Made by a program: the position numbers and the translations under genes. A stretch of DNA of 63,254 bases, counting the filler, from Phoronis australis (lineage: Eukaryota; Animalia; Phoronida): assembly GCA_002633005.1 (NCBI GenBank). It is 5 parts of 5 records of this genome, joined end to end, with 100 filler letters (N's around TTAATTAATTAA, not from the genome) between each part and the next. Parts side by side here need not be neighbours in the genome. Positions count along the whole stretch, not along the records: positions 1 to 26,599 come from NMRA01000424.1; positions 26,700 to 47,817 come from NMRA01001417.1; 3 more parts are not named here. The stretch is one strand, 5' to 3'. The notes beneath the pieces were generated by a model. That model made no database searches and was not told the DNA's origin. It saw only the letters and a program-made list of their open reading frames with translations. Each line of letters begins with the position of its first letter. Within the stretch, counting starts at the first letter, position 1. Of this stretch, positions 25,601 to 38,600 are shown piece after piece.

Positions 25601-26599
25601 ATACGCTTATTTAACCCCCCCCCCCCGGTATTTCCAGCTTTCAGAGCGAAGCCAAGGCATAGCACGGACGCGACTTCACTTCGGATTAACCGCGGTCAGA
25701 CGAAGTCCGGACCTGAGCCAGCCGCGGTCCAACCGCGGTTTGGAACCCGTATCCGGACGCGGCCTAGCCGCGTTCGATAGGACATTGGATTCGATCAGCA
25801 CTGTAGTGCGCAGTGCATATACATGTAGGTGCCACATTGTTCGCTTCCTTTGTTGAACTAAATGCTCCCTTGGGCATCGGCAGACAAACGTGTGATCTGG
25901 TGAGGAGAACAGTGTTGAGTTGCAAGGCAGTGGGAGTCTGTCCTGATTGGATTTGGAGGACCATAACTTCCACCGGCTTCTTTTGAACAGCTAGTTGGCT
26001 CAGGTTTGTTACTAATGATATTGGGAACAGTCGAGCACTACATAAGGGCAAATGGAGCTCGAGATTTGCTCATGAAATAAAAAAGTTTTCGACGAAAGTT
26101 TGAACCTCGACAAACGTCTGGTTGCAAGCGTTCCCTGGAGTCGTGCCTAAAGAGATGCGCTTAGCGAAGAATGACCAGAAGAACGTTTTAAATCAAATGA
26201 TTTCCTGACATCCCTGTCATCTCTGAACCTGGCTGCGGTATGGAGACACACCAACGGTTGAGGGATAAACTTAAGATCCGATCTATTTTATGATGTTCTA
26301 GGTAATACCCAGTATGTTCTATTGGGTATCCGTATTAAAAAAACACATTTTCCTGTTGGTGAATTGGCGAGGCCTGAAGACCCACAATTTCGTGTTGATG
26401 TTCACACATTCTGTTTTGCTTAGTACTTCATAACATCACAAGCATTTGTTTTACTGTAAACGAAGTAAAATAGAAAAACACTTCGCTGTTATCGTACGTG
26501 TTTAAATAAATCCCGATGGGGATCTTCAGATAAGGACAGAATACTGGCTGAGCAGGACCTTTTTTACTTTGTTGAGGGACCAAAGTCGCAATCTGAGAC

Positions 26600-26699
26600 N
26601 NNNNNNNNNNNNNNNNNNNNNNNNNNNNNNNNNNNNNNNNNNNTTAATTAATTAANNNNNNNNNNNNNNNNNNNNNNNNNNNNNNNNNNNNNNNNNNNN
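26600..26699. other. Artificial contig spacer (44 N + TTAATTAATTAA + 44 N)
   Basis: The same 100-bp structure occurs at 47818-47917, 55236-55335 and 59743-59842; the 12-mer gives stops in all six frames. Confidence 0.95.
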
Positions 26700-29600
26700 A
26701 AAAATAATTGACTTTCAACGGGTTGGATTTTTGTCAATCCGCGAAAAACCGCGCACGACTTTGCCCTACCCCGAAAAATGGAGAATCTTTCGGAGATAAC
26801 GCCTCCTCACTTCAGACGTCTATTGCCGAAAAACTAACCGTTGAAAATCGATGCCCTCAGTTCCTAGGTCCTCTGTCCCTTCCACAGAAAAGGAAAAGAA
26901 AAATAATTGACTTTCAACGGTTAAGTTTTCGTCAATCGGTGAAAAACCGCGCACATCTTTGCCCTACCTCGAAAAACCGAGAATTGTACGGAGATTCCGC
27001 CTCCTCACTTCAAACGTCTATTGCCGGAAAACTAACCGTTGAAAATCGATGCCCTCCGTTCCTAGGTCCTCTGTCCCTTCCACAGAAAAGGAAAAGTAAA
27101 ATAATTGACTTTCAACGGTTGAGTTTTCGTCAATCAGCGCAAAACCCCGTACGACTTTGCCCTACCCCAAAGAACCGAGAATTTAACGGAGATTCTGCCT
27201 CTTCACTTCAAACGTCTATTGCCGGAAAACTAACCGTTAAAAATCGATGCCCCTCCGTTCCTTGGTTCTCTGGCCCTCCCTTAGTAAAGCAACAGAAATA
27301 AACTCGACTTTCAACGGTTGGGTTTTCGTCAATCGGCGCAAAAGCCGCACGACTTTGCACTACCTCGAAAAACCGAGAATTTAACAGATTCCTAGTCCTC
27401 ACTCCAAACGTCTATTGCCGGAAAACTAACTAATCGATGTTCTTCCGTTCCTAGGTCCTCTGGCCATTCCTCAGTAGAGGAAAAGAAAAATAATTGACTT
27501 TCGACGTTTAAGTTTTCGTGAATCGGCGAAAAACCGCGCACGACTTTGCCCTACCTCGAAAAACCGAGAATTTTACGGAGATTCCGCCTCCTCACTCAAA
27601 ACGTCTATTGCCGAAAAAGTAACCATTGAAAATCGATGGCCCTCCGTTCCTTGGTCCTCTGGCCCTCTCATAGTAAAGGAACAGAAATAAACTTGACTTT
27701 CAACGGTTGGGTTTTCGTGAATCCGCGAAAAACCGCGCACGACTTTGCCCTATCCCGAAAAATCGAGAATCTTTCGGAGATTCCGCCTCCTCACTTCAAA
27801 CGTCTATTGCCGGAAAACTATCCGCTGAAAATCGATGTCCTCCGTTCCTAGGTCCTTTGTCCCTTCCACAGTAAAGGAAAAAGAAAAATAATTGATTTTC
27901 AACTGTTAAGTTTTCGTCAATCGGAGAAAAACCTCGCACATCTTTGCCCTACCTCGAAAAACCGAGAATTGTACGGAGATTCCGCCTCCTCACTTCAAAC
28001 GTCTATTGCCGGAAAAATAACCGTTGAAAATCGATGCCCCTCCATTCCTAGGTCCTCTGGCCCTTTCTCAGTAAAGGAAAAGAAAAATAATTGACTTTAA
28101 ACGGTTAAGTTTTCGTCAATCGGCGAAAAACTGCGCACAACTTTGCCCTACCTCGAAAAACCGAGAATTGTACCGAGATTCCGCCTCCTCAGTTCAAACG
28201 TCTATTGCCTGAAAACTAACCGTTAAAAATCGATGCCCCTCCGTTCCTAGGTTCTCTGGCCCTCCCTTAGTAAAGGAACAGAAATAAACTCGACTTTCAA
28301 CGTTTGGGTTTTGTCAATCGGCGCAAAACCCGCACGACCTGGTACTACCTCGAAAAATCGAGAATTTAACAGAGATTCCTCGTCCTCACTCCAAACGTCT
28401 ATTGCCGGAAAACTAACCTTTGAAAATCGATGCCTCTCCGTTCCTGGGTTCTCTGGCCCTCCCCCAGAAAAGGGAAACAAAAAATTGACTTTCAACGGTT
28501 GAGTTTTTGTGAATCGGCGAAAAACCGCGCACGACTTTGAACCGAGAATTTTACGGAGATTCCGCCTCCTCACTTCAAACGTCTACTGCCTGAAAACTAA
28601 CCGTTGAAAATCGATGACCCTGAATTCCTAGGATCTCCGGCCCTCCTTTAGTAAAGGAACAGAAATAAACTTGACTTTCAACGGTTGGGTTTTCTTCAAT
28701 CGGCGCAAAACCCGCACGACTTTGCCCTACCTCGAAAAACCGAGAATTTTACGGAGAATCCGCCTCCTCAATGAAAACGTCTATTGCCGAAAAACTAAAA
28801 GTTGAAAATCGATGCACCTCCGTTCCTTGATCCTCTGGCCATTCCACAGTAGATTAAAAGAAAAATAATTGACTTTCAACGGTTAAGTTTTCGTCAATCG
28901 GCGCAAAACCCGCACCACTTTGCCCTACCTCGAAAAACTGAGAATTTTTATCGAGATTCCGTCTCCTCACTCCAAACGTCTATTGCCGGAAAACTAACCG
29001 TTGAAAATCGGTGCCCCTCCGTTCCTAGGTTCTCTGGCCCTACCTCAATAAAGGAAAAGAAAAAATTGTCTTTCAACGGTTGAGTTTTTGTCAATCAGCG
29101 CAAAATTCCCGCATGACTTTGCCCTATCTCGAAAAACCGAGAATTTTTCGGAGATTCCGCCTCCTCACTTCAAACGTCTATTGCCTGAAATCTAACCGNA
29201 AAACTAAAAGTTGAAAATCGGTGCCCCTCCGTTCCTAGGTTCTCTGGCCCTACCTCAATAAAGGAAAAGAAAAAAATGTCTTTCAACAGTTGGGTTTTTG
29301 TCAATCAGCGCAAAATTCCCGCACGACTTTGCCCTATCTCGAAAAACCGAGAATTTTTCGGAGATTCCGCCTCCTCACTTCAAACGTCTATTGCCTGAAA
29401 TCTAACCGTTGAAAATCGATGCCCCTCCGTTCCCGGGTTCAGTGGCCCTCCCTTAGGAAGGAACAGAAATAAACTTGACTTTCAACTGTTGTGTTTTCGT
29501 CAATCGGCGCAAAACCCGCACGACTTTGCTCTACCTCGAAAAACCGAGAATTTTGCTGAGATTCCGTCTCCTCACTCCAAACGTCTATTGCCGGAAAATT

Positions 29601-32600
29601 AACCGTTGAAAATCGATGCCCCTCCGTTCCTGGATTCTGTGGCTCTCCCTTAGTAAAGGAACAAAAATAAACTTGACTTTCAACGGTTGGGTTTTCGTCA
29701 ATCGGCGCAAAACCCGCACGACTTTGCTCTACCTCGAAAAACCTAGAATTTTTCGGAGATTCCGCCTCCTCAATTCAAACGTTTATTTCCGGAAAACTAA
29801 CCGTTGAAAATCGATGCCCCTCCGTTCCTGGTTCTCTGGCCCTACCCCAATAAAGGAAGAAAAAAATGTCTTTCAACGGTTGGGTTTTCGTCAATCGGCG
29901 CAAAACCCGCACGACTTTGCTCTACCTCGAAAAACCGAGAATTTTACTGAGATTCCGCCTCCTCACTTCAAACGTCTATTGCCGGAAAACTAGCGTTGAA
30001 AATCGATGCCCCTCCGTTCCTAGGGCCTCTGGTCATTCCTCAGTAAAGGAAAAGAAAAAAATTGTCTTTCAACGGTTGGGTGTTCGTCAATCCGCGCACT
30101 ACCCAGCACGACTTTGCCCTACCTCGAAAAACCGAGAATTTTTATCGAGATTCCGTCTCCTCACTCCAAACGCCTATTGCCGGAAAATTAACCATTGAAA
30201 ATCGATGCCCCTCCGTTCCTGGGTTCTGTGGCCCTCCCTTAGTAAAGGAACAAAAATAAACTTGACTTTCAACGGTTGAGTTTTCGTCAATCGGCGCAAA
30301 ACCCGCACGACTTTGCTCTACCTCGAAAAACCGAGAATTTTACGGAGATTCCGCCTCCTCATTTCAAACGTCTATTGCGAGAAAACTAAGCGTTGAAAAT
30401 CGATTCCCCTCCGTTCCTAGGGCCTCTGGCCATTCCTCAGTAAAGGAAAAGAAAAATAATTGACTTTCAACTGTGAAGTTTTTGTCAATCTGCAAAAAAA
30501 CGCACACGACTTTGCCCTACCTCGAAAAACCGAGAATTTTTCGGAGATTCCGCCTCCTCACTTCAACCGTCTATTGCCGGAAAACTAACAATTGAAAATC
30601 GCTGCCCCTCCGTTCCTAGGTTCTCTGCCCCTCCCCCAGTAAAGAAAAAGAAAAAAATTGTCTTTCAACGGTTGGGTTTTCGTCAATCGGCGCAAAACCC
30701 GCACCACTTTGCCGTACCTCGAAAAACCGACAATTTTACGGAGATTCCGCCTCCTCAATCCAATCGTCTATTGCCGGAAAACTAACGGTTGAAAATTGAT
30801 GCCCCTCCGGTCCTAGGTTCTCTGACCCTCCCCAAATAAAGTAAAGGAAAGAAAATGTCTTTCAACGGTTGGGTGTTCGTCAATCAGCGCACTACCCAGC
30901 ACGTCTTTGCCCTACCCCGATAAACCGAGAATTTCACTTAGATTCCGCCTCTTCACTTTAAACGTCTATTACCGGAAAATTAACCGTTGAAAATCGATGC
31001 CCCTCCGTTCCTAGGTCCTCTGGTCCTCCCTTAGTAAAGGAACAGATATAAACTTGACTTTCAACAGTTTGGTTTTTGTCAATCGGCGCAAAACCCGCAC
31101 CACTTTGCCATACCTCGAAATACCGAGAATTTTACAGAGATTCCGCCTCCTCACTCCAAACGTCTATTGCCGGAAAAGTAACCATTGAAAATCGATACCC
31201 CTCCGTTCCTAGGTCTTCTGGTCCTCCCTTAGTAATGGAACATAAATAAACGTGACTTTCAACGGTTGAGATTTCGTCAATCAGCGACAAACCGCGCACG
31301 ACTTTGCCATACCCCGAAAAACCGAGAATTTTACGGATATTCCGCCTCTTCAATTCAAACGTCTATTGCCGGAAAATTAACAATTGAAAATCGATGCCCT
31401 TCTGTTCCTAGGTGCTGTGGCCCTCCCTTAGTAAAGGAACAGAAATAAACTTGACTTTCAACGGTTGGGTTTTCGTCAATCGGCGCAAAACCCGCACCAC
31501 TTTGCCATACCTCGAAAAACCGAGAATTTTACAGAGATTCCGCCTCCTCACTCCAAACGTCTATTGCCTGAAATCTAACCGTTGAAAATCGATACACCTC
31601 CATTCCTAGGTTCTCCGACCCTCTCCCAATAATGGAAAAGAAAAAAATTGACTTTCAACGGTTGACTTTTCGTCAATCAGCGCAAAACCCCGCACGACTT
31701 TGCCCTACCCCGAAAAACCGAGAATTTTACAGAGATTCAGCCTCTTCACTTCAAACGTCTATTGCCGGAAAATTAACCATTGAAAATCGATGCCCCTCCG
31801 TTCCTAGGCTCTGTGGCTCTCCCTTAGTGAAGGAACAGAAATAAACTTGACTTTCAACGGTTGGGTTTTCGTCAATCGGCGCAAAACCTGCACGAATTTG
31901 CACTACCTCGAAAAACCGAGAATTTTACGGAGATTCCGCCTCCTCAGTGCAAGCGTCTATTGCCGGAAAACTAACCGTTGAAAATCGATGCCCCTCCGTT
32001 CCTTGGTCCTCTGGCCATTCCTTAGTACATGAAAAGAAAAATAATTGACTTTCAACGGTTAAGTTTTCGTCAATCGGCGAAAAACGGCGCACCGCTTTGC
32101 CCTACCTCGAAAAACCGAGAATTTTACGGAGATTCCGCCTCCTCACTCCAAACGTCTATTGCCGGAAAACTGACCGTTGGAAATCGATGCCCCTCCGTTC
32201 CTAGCTTCTCTGGCCCTCCCCCAATAAAGGAAAGGAAAAAAAATGTCTTTCAACGGTTGGGTTTTCGTCAATCAGCGCCAAATTCCCGCACGACTTTGCC
32301 CTACCCCGAAAAACCGAGAATTTTACGGAGATTCCGCCTCCTCAATTCAAACGTCTATTGCCAGAAAACTAACCGTTGAAAATCGGTGCCTTTCCGGTCC
32401 TAGGTTTTCTGGCCCTACCCCAATAAAGGAAAATTAAAAAATGTCTTACAACGGTTGGGTTTTCGTCAATCAGCGCAAAATTCCCGCACGACTTTGCCCT
32501 ACCCCGAAAACCCGAAAATTTTACGGAGATTCCGCCTCCTCACTTCAAACGTCTATTGCCGGAAAACTAACCGTTGAAAATCGCTGCCCCTCCGTTCCTA

Positions 32601-35600
32601 AGTTCTATGCCCCTCCCCCAGTAAAGGAAAAGAAAACAATTGTCTTTCAACGGTTGGGTGTTCGTCAATCAGCGCATTACCCAGCACGACTTTGCCCTAC
32701 CCCGATAAACCGAGAATTTTTCGCAGATTCCGCTTCTTCATTTTAAACGTCTATTGCCGGAAAATTAACCGTTGAAAATCGATGCCCCTCCGTTCCTAGG
32801 TACTCTGGTCCTCCCTTAGTAAAGGAACAGAAATAAACTTGACTTTCAGCGGTTGGGTTTTTGTCAATCGGCGCAAAGCTCGCACCACTTTGCCATACCT
32901 CGAAAAACCGAGAATTTTACAGAGATTCCGCCTCCTCACTTCAAACGTCTATTGCCGGAAAACTAGCCGTAGAAAATCGGTGCCCCTCCGGTCCTAGGAT
33001 CTCTGGCTCTACCGCAATAAAGGAAAAGAAAAAATATGACTTGCAACGGTTGAGTTTTCGTCAATCAGCGCAAAACCCCGCACGACTTTGCCCTACCCCG
33101 AAAAACCGAGAATTTTACGGAGATTCCGCCTCTTCACTTCAAACGTCTATTGCCGGAAAAGTAACCATTGAAAATCGATGCCCCTCCGTTCCTAGGGCCT
33201 CTGGTCATTCCTCAGTAAAGGAAAGAAAAAAAAGGGACTTTCAACGGTGAAGTTTTCGTCAATCGGCGAAAAACCGCGCACGACTTTGCCCTACCTCGAA
33301 AAACCGAGAATATTCGGAGATTCCGCCTCCTCACTTCAAACGTCTATTGCCGGAAAACGAACAGTTGGAAATCGCTGCCCCTCCGTTCCTTGGTTCTCTG
33401 CCCCTCCCCCAGTAAAGCAAAATAAAAAAATTGTCTTTCAACGGTTGGGTTTTCGTCAATCGGCGCAAAACCCGCACCACTTTGCCCTACCTCGAAAAAC
33501 CGAGAATTTTTATCGAGATTCCGTCTCCTCAATCCAAACGTCTATTACCGGAAAACTAACCGTTGAAAATCGATGCCCCTCCGTTCCTAGGTTCTCTGGC
33601 CCTCCCCCAATAAAGGAAAGGAAAAAAAGTCTTTCAACGGTTAGGTGTTCGTCAATCAGCGCACTACCCAGCACGACTTTGCCCTAACCCGATAAACCGA
33701 GAATTTTACGGAGATTCCGCCTCTTCACTTCAAACGTCTATTGCCGGAAAATTAACCGTTGAAAATCGATGGCCCTCCGTTCCTAGGTTCTCTGGCCCTC
33801 CTTTAGCAATGGAACAGAAATAAACTTGACTTTCAACTGTTGGGTTTTCGTCAATCGGCGCAAAACCCGCACGACTTTGCACTACCTCGAAAAACCGATA
33901 ATTTTACGGAGATTCCGCCTCCTCAGTTCAAGCGTCTATTGCCGGAAAACTAACAGTTGAGAATCGATGCCCATCCGTTCCTTGGTCCTCTGGCCATTTG
34001 TAAGTACAGGAAAAGAAAAATAATTGACTTTCAACGGTTAAGTTTTCGTCAATCGGCGAAAAACAGCGCACCACTTTGCCCTACCTCGAAAAACCGAGAA
34101 TTTTACGGAGATTCCGCCTCTTCACTTCAAACGTCTATTGCCGGAAAATTAACCGTTGAAAATCGATGGCCCTCCGTTCCTAGGTTCTCTGGCCCTCCTT
34201 TAGCAAAGGAACAGAAATAAACTTGACTTTCAACTGTTGGGTTTTCGACAATTGGCGCAAAACCCGCACGACTTTGCACTACCTCGAAAAAACGAGAATT
34301 TTACGGAGATTCCGCCTCCTCAGTTCAAGCGTCAATTGCCGGAAAACTAACAGTTGAGAATCGATGCCCCTCCGTTTCTTGGTCCTCTGGCCATTTGTCG
34401 GTACAGGGAAGGAAAAATAATTGACTTTCAACGGTTAAGTTTTCGTCAATTGGCGAAAAACCGCGCACCATTTTGCCCAACCTCGAAAAACCGAGAATTT
34501 TACAGAGATTCCGCCTCCTCAATTCAAACGTCTATTGCCGGAAAACTAGCCATTGAAAATCGATGCCCCTCCGTTCCTAGGTCCTCTGGCCATACCTCAG
34601 TAAATGAAACGAAAAATAATTGACTTTCAACGTGAAAATTTCGTCAATCGGCGAAAAACCGCGCACGACTTTGCCCTACCTCGAAAAACCGAGAATTTTT
34701 CGGAGATTCCGCCTCCTCACTTCAAACGTCTGTTGCCGGAAAACGAACAGTTGGAAATCGCTGCCCCTCCGTTCCTAGGTTCTCTGCCCCTCCCCCATTA
34801 AAGGAAAATAAAAAAATTGTCTTTCAACGGTTGGGTTTTCGTCAATCGGCGCAAAACCCGCACCACTTTGCCCTACCTCGAAAAACCGAGAATTTTTATC
34901 GAGATTCCGTCTCCTCAATACGAACGTCTATTGCCGGAAAACTAACCGTTGAGAATCCATGCCCCTCCGTTCCTAGGTTCTCTGGCCCTCCCCCAATAGA
35001 GGAAAGGAAAAAAATGTCTTTCAACGGTTGGTTGTTCATCAATCAGCGCACTACCCAGCACGATTTTGCCCTACCCCGATAAACCGAGAATTTTACGGAG
35101 ATTCCGCCTCTTCACTTCAAACGTCTATTGCCGGAAAATTAACGGTTGAAAATCGATGGCCCTCCGTTCCTAGGTTCTCCGGCCGTCCTTTAGCAAAGAA
35201 ACAGAAATAAACTTGACATTCAACGGTTGGGTTTTCGTCAATCGGCGCAAAACCCGCACATATTGGCACTACCTCGAAAAACCGAGAATTTTACGTAGGA
35301 TTCCGCCTCCTCAGTTCAAGCGTCTATTGCCGGAAAACTAACAGTTGAAAATCGATGCCCCTCCGTTCCTAGGTTCTCTGGCCCTCCCCCATTAAAGGAA
35401 AATAAAAAAATTGTCTTTCAACGGTTGGGTTTTCGTCAATCGGCGCAAAACCCGCACCACTTTGCCCTACCTCGAAAAACCGAGAATTTTTATCGAGATT
35501 CCGTCTCCTCACTTCAAACGTCTATTGCCTGAAAACGAACCGTTGAAAATCGCTGCCCGTCCGTTCCTAGGTTCTCTGCCCCTCACCCATTAAAGGAAAA

Positions 35601-38600
35601 TAAAAAAAATGTCTTATAACGGTTGGGTTTTCGTCAATCGGCGCAAAACCCGCACCACTTTGCCCTACCTCGAAAAACCGAGAATTTTTATCGAGATTCC
35701 GTCTCCTCAATCTTAACGTCTATTGCCGGAAAACTAACCGCTTAAAATGGATGCCCCTCCGTTCCTAGGTTCTCTGGCTCTCCCCCAATAAATGAAAGGA
35801 AAAAATGTCTTTCAACGGTTGGTCGTTCGTCAATCAGCGCACTACCCAGCAAGACTTTGTCCTACCCCGATAAACCGAGAATTTAACGGAGATTCCGCCT
35901 CTTCACTTCAAACGTCTATTGCCGGAAAATTAACCGTTGAAAATCGATGGCCCTCCGTTCCTAGGTTCTCTGGCCCTCCTTTAGCAAAGGAACAGAAGTA
36001 AACTTTACTTTCAACGGTTGGGTTTTTGTCAATCGGCGCAAAACCCGCACGACTTTGCACTACCTCGAAAAACCGAGAATTTTACGGAGATTCCGCCTCC
36101 TCAGTTCAAGCGTCTATTGCCGGAAAACTAACCGTTGAAAATCGCTGCCCTTCCGTTCATAGGGTCTCTGCCCCTCCCCCAGTAAAAGAAAATAAAAAAA
36201 TTGTCTTTCAACGGTTGGGATTTCGTCAATCGGCGCAAAACCCGCACGACTTTGCACTACCTCGAAAAACCGAGAATTTTACGGAGATTCCGCCTCCTCA
36301 GTTCAAGCGTCTATTGCCGGAAAACTAACAGTTGAAAAACGATGCCCCTCCATTCCTAGGTTCTCTGCCCCTACCCCATTAAAGGAAAATAAAAAAATTG
36401 TCTTTCAACGGTTGGGTTTTCGTCAATCGGCGCAAAACCCGCACCACTATGCCCTACCTCGAAAAACCGAGAATTTTTATCGAGATTCCGTCTCCTCAAT
36501 CCAAACGTCTATTGCCGGAAAACTAACCGTTGAAAATCCATGCCCCTCCGTTCCTAGGTTCTCTGGCCCTCCCCCAATAGAGGAAAGGAAAAAAATGTCT
36601 TTCAACGGTTGGTTGTTCATCAATCAGCGCACTACCCAGCACGATTTTGCCCTACCCTGATAAACCGAGAATTTTACGGAGATTCCGCCTCTTCACTTCA
36701 AACGTCTATTGCCGGAAAATTAACCTTTGAAAATCGATGGCCCTCCGTTCCTAGGTTCTCTGGCCCTCCTTTAGCAAAGAAACAGAAATAAACTTGACTC
36801 TCAACGGTTGGGTTTTCGGCAATCGGCGCAAAATCCGCACAAATTGGCACTACCTCGGAAAACCGAGAATTTTACGGAGATTCCGCCTCCTCAGTTCAAG
36901 CGTCTATAGCCGGAAAAATAACTAATGGAAAATCGATGCCCCTCCGTTCCTAGGTTCTCTGGCCCTCCCCCAATAAATGAAAGGAAAAATGTCTTTCAAC
37001 GATTGGTCGTTCGTCAATCAGCGCACTACCCATCAAGACTTTGTCCTACCCCGATAAACCGAGAATTTTACGGAGATTCCGCCTCTTCACTTCGAAAATC
37101 TATAACGGAAAATTAACCGTTGAAAATCGATGGCCCTCCGTTCCTAGGTCCTCTGGCCCTCCTTTAGCAAAGGAACAGAAGTAAACTTGACTTTCAACGG
37201 TTGGGTTTTCGTCAATCGGCGTAAAACCCGCACGACTTTGCACTACCTCGAAAAACTGAGAATTTTACTGAGATTCCGCCTCCTCACTTCAAACGTCTAT
37301 TGCCGGAAAACTAGCCGTTGAAAATCGATGCCCCTCCGTTCCTGGGGCCTCTGGCCATTCCTCAGTAAAGGAAAATAAAAATAATTGACTTTCAACAGTG
37401 AAGTTTTCGTCAATCGGCGAAAAACCGCGCACGACTTTGCCCTACCTCGAAAAACCGAGAATTTTTCTGAGATTCCGCCTCCTCACTTCAAACGTCTATT
37501 GCCGGAAAACTAACCGTTGAAAATCGCTGCCCTTCCGTTCATAGGGTCTCTGCCCCTCCCCCAGTAAAAGAAAATAAAAAAATTGTCGTTCAACTGTTGG
37601 GATTTCGTCAATCGGCGCAAAACCCGCACCACTTTGCCCTACCTCGAAAAACCGAGACTTTTTATCGAGAATCCGTCTCTTCATTCCAAACGTCTATTGC
37701 CGGAAAACTAACCGTTGAAAATCGATGCCCCTCCGTTCCTAGATTCTCTGGCCCTCCCTTAGTAAAGGAACAGAAATATACTTGACTTTCAACGGTTGGG
37801 TTTTTGTCAATCGGCGCAAAACCCGCACCACTTTGCACTACCTCGAAAAACCGAGAATTTTACAAAGATTCCGCCTCCTCAGTCCAAACGTCTATTGCCA
37901 GAAATCTAACTGTTGAAAATCGATGCCCCTCCGTTCCTAGGGCCTCTAGCCATTCCTCAGTAAAGGAAAAGAAAAATAATTGACTTTCAACGTGAAGTTT
38001 TTGTCAATCGGCGAAAAACCGCACACGACTTTGCCCTACCTCGAAAAACCGAGAATTTTTCTAAGATTCCGCCTCCTCACTTCAAACGTCTATTGCCGGG
38101 AAACTAACCGTTAAAAATCGCTGCCCCTCCGTTCCTAGGTTCTCTGCCCCTCCACCAGTAAACGAAAAGAAAAAAAATGTCTTTCAACGGTTGGGTGTTC
38201 GTCAATCAGCGTACTATCCAGCACGACTTTGACCTACCATGAAAAACCGAGAATTTTACGGAGATTCCGCCTCTTCACTTCAAACGTCTATTGCCGGAAA
38301 ATTAAGCACTGAAAATCGATGCCCCTCCGTTCCTAGGTTCTCTGGCCCTCCCTTAGTAAGGGAACAGAAACAAATTTGACTGTCAAGGGTTGGGTTTTCG
38401 TCAATCGGCGCAAAACCCGCATGACTTTGCACTACCTCGACAAACCGAGAATTTTACGGAGATTCCGCCTCCTCAGTTCAAGCGTCTATTGCCGGAAAAC
38501 TAACCATTGAAAATCGATGCCCCTCCGTTCCTAGGTTCTCTGTCCCTCCCCCAATAAAGGAAAGGAAACAAAAAAAGGCTTTCAACGTTTGGGTGTTCGT

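Noticed and set aside
25391-25780. 129-aa ORF
   Set aside because: No motif; its length is explained by the GC-rich palindromic stretch.
27320-27345. CENP-B box in the monomer (TTCGTCAATCGG)
   Set aside because: The spacing does not fit TTCG-N4-A-N2-CGGG.
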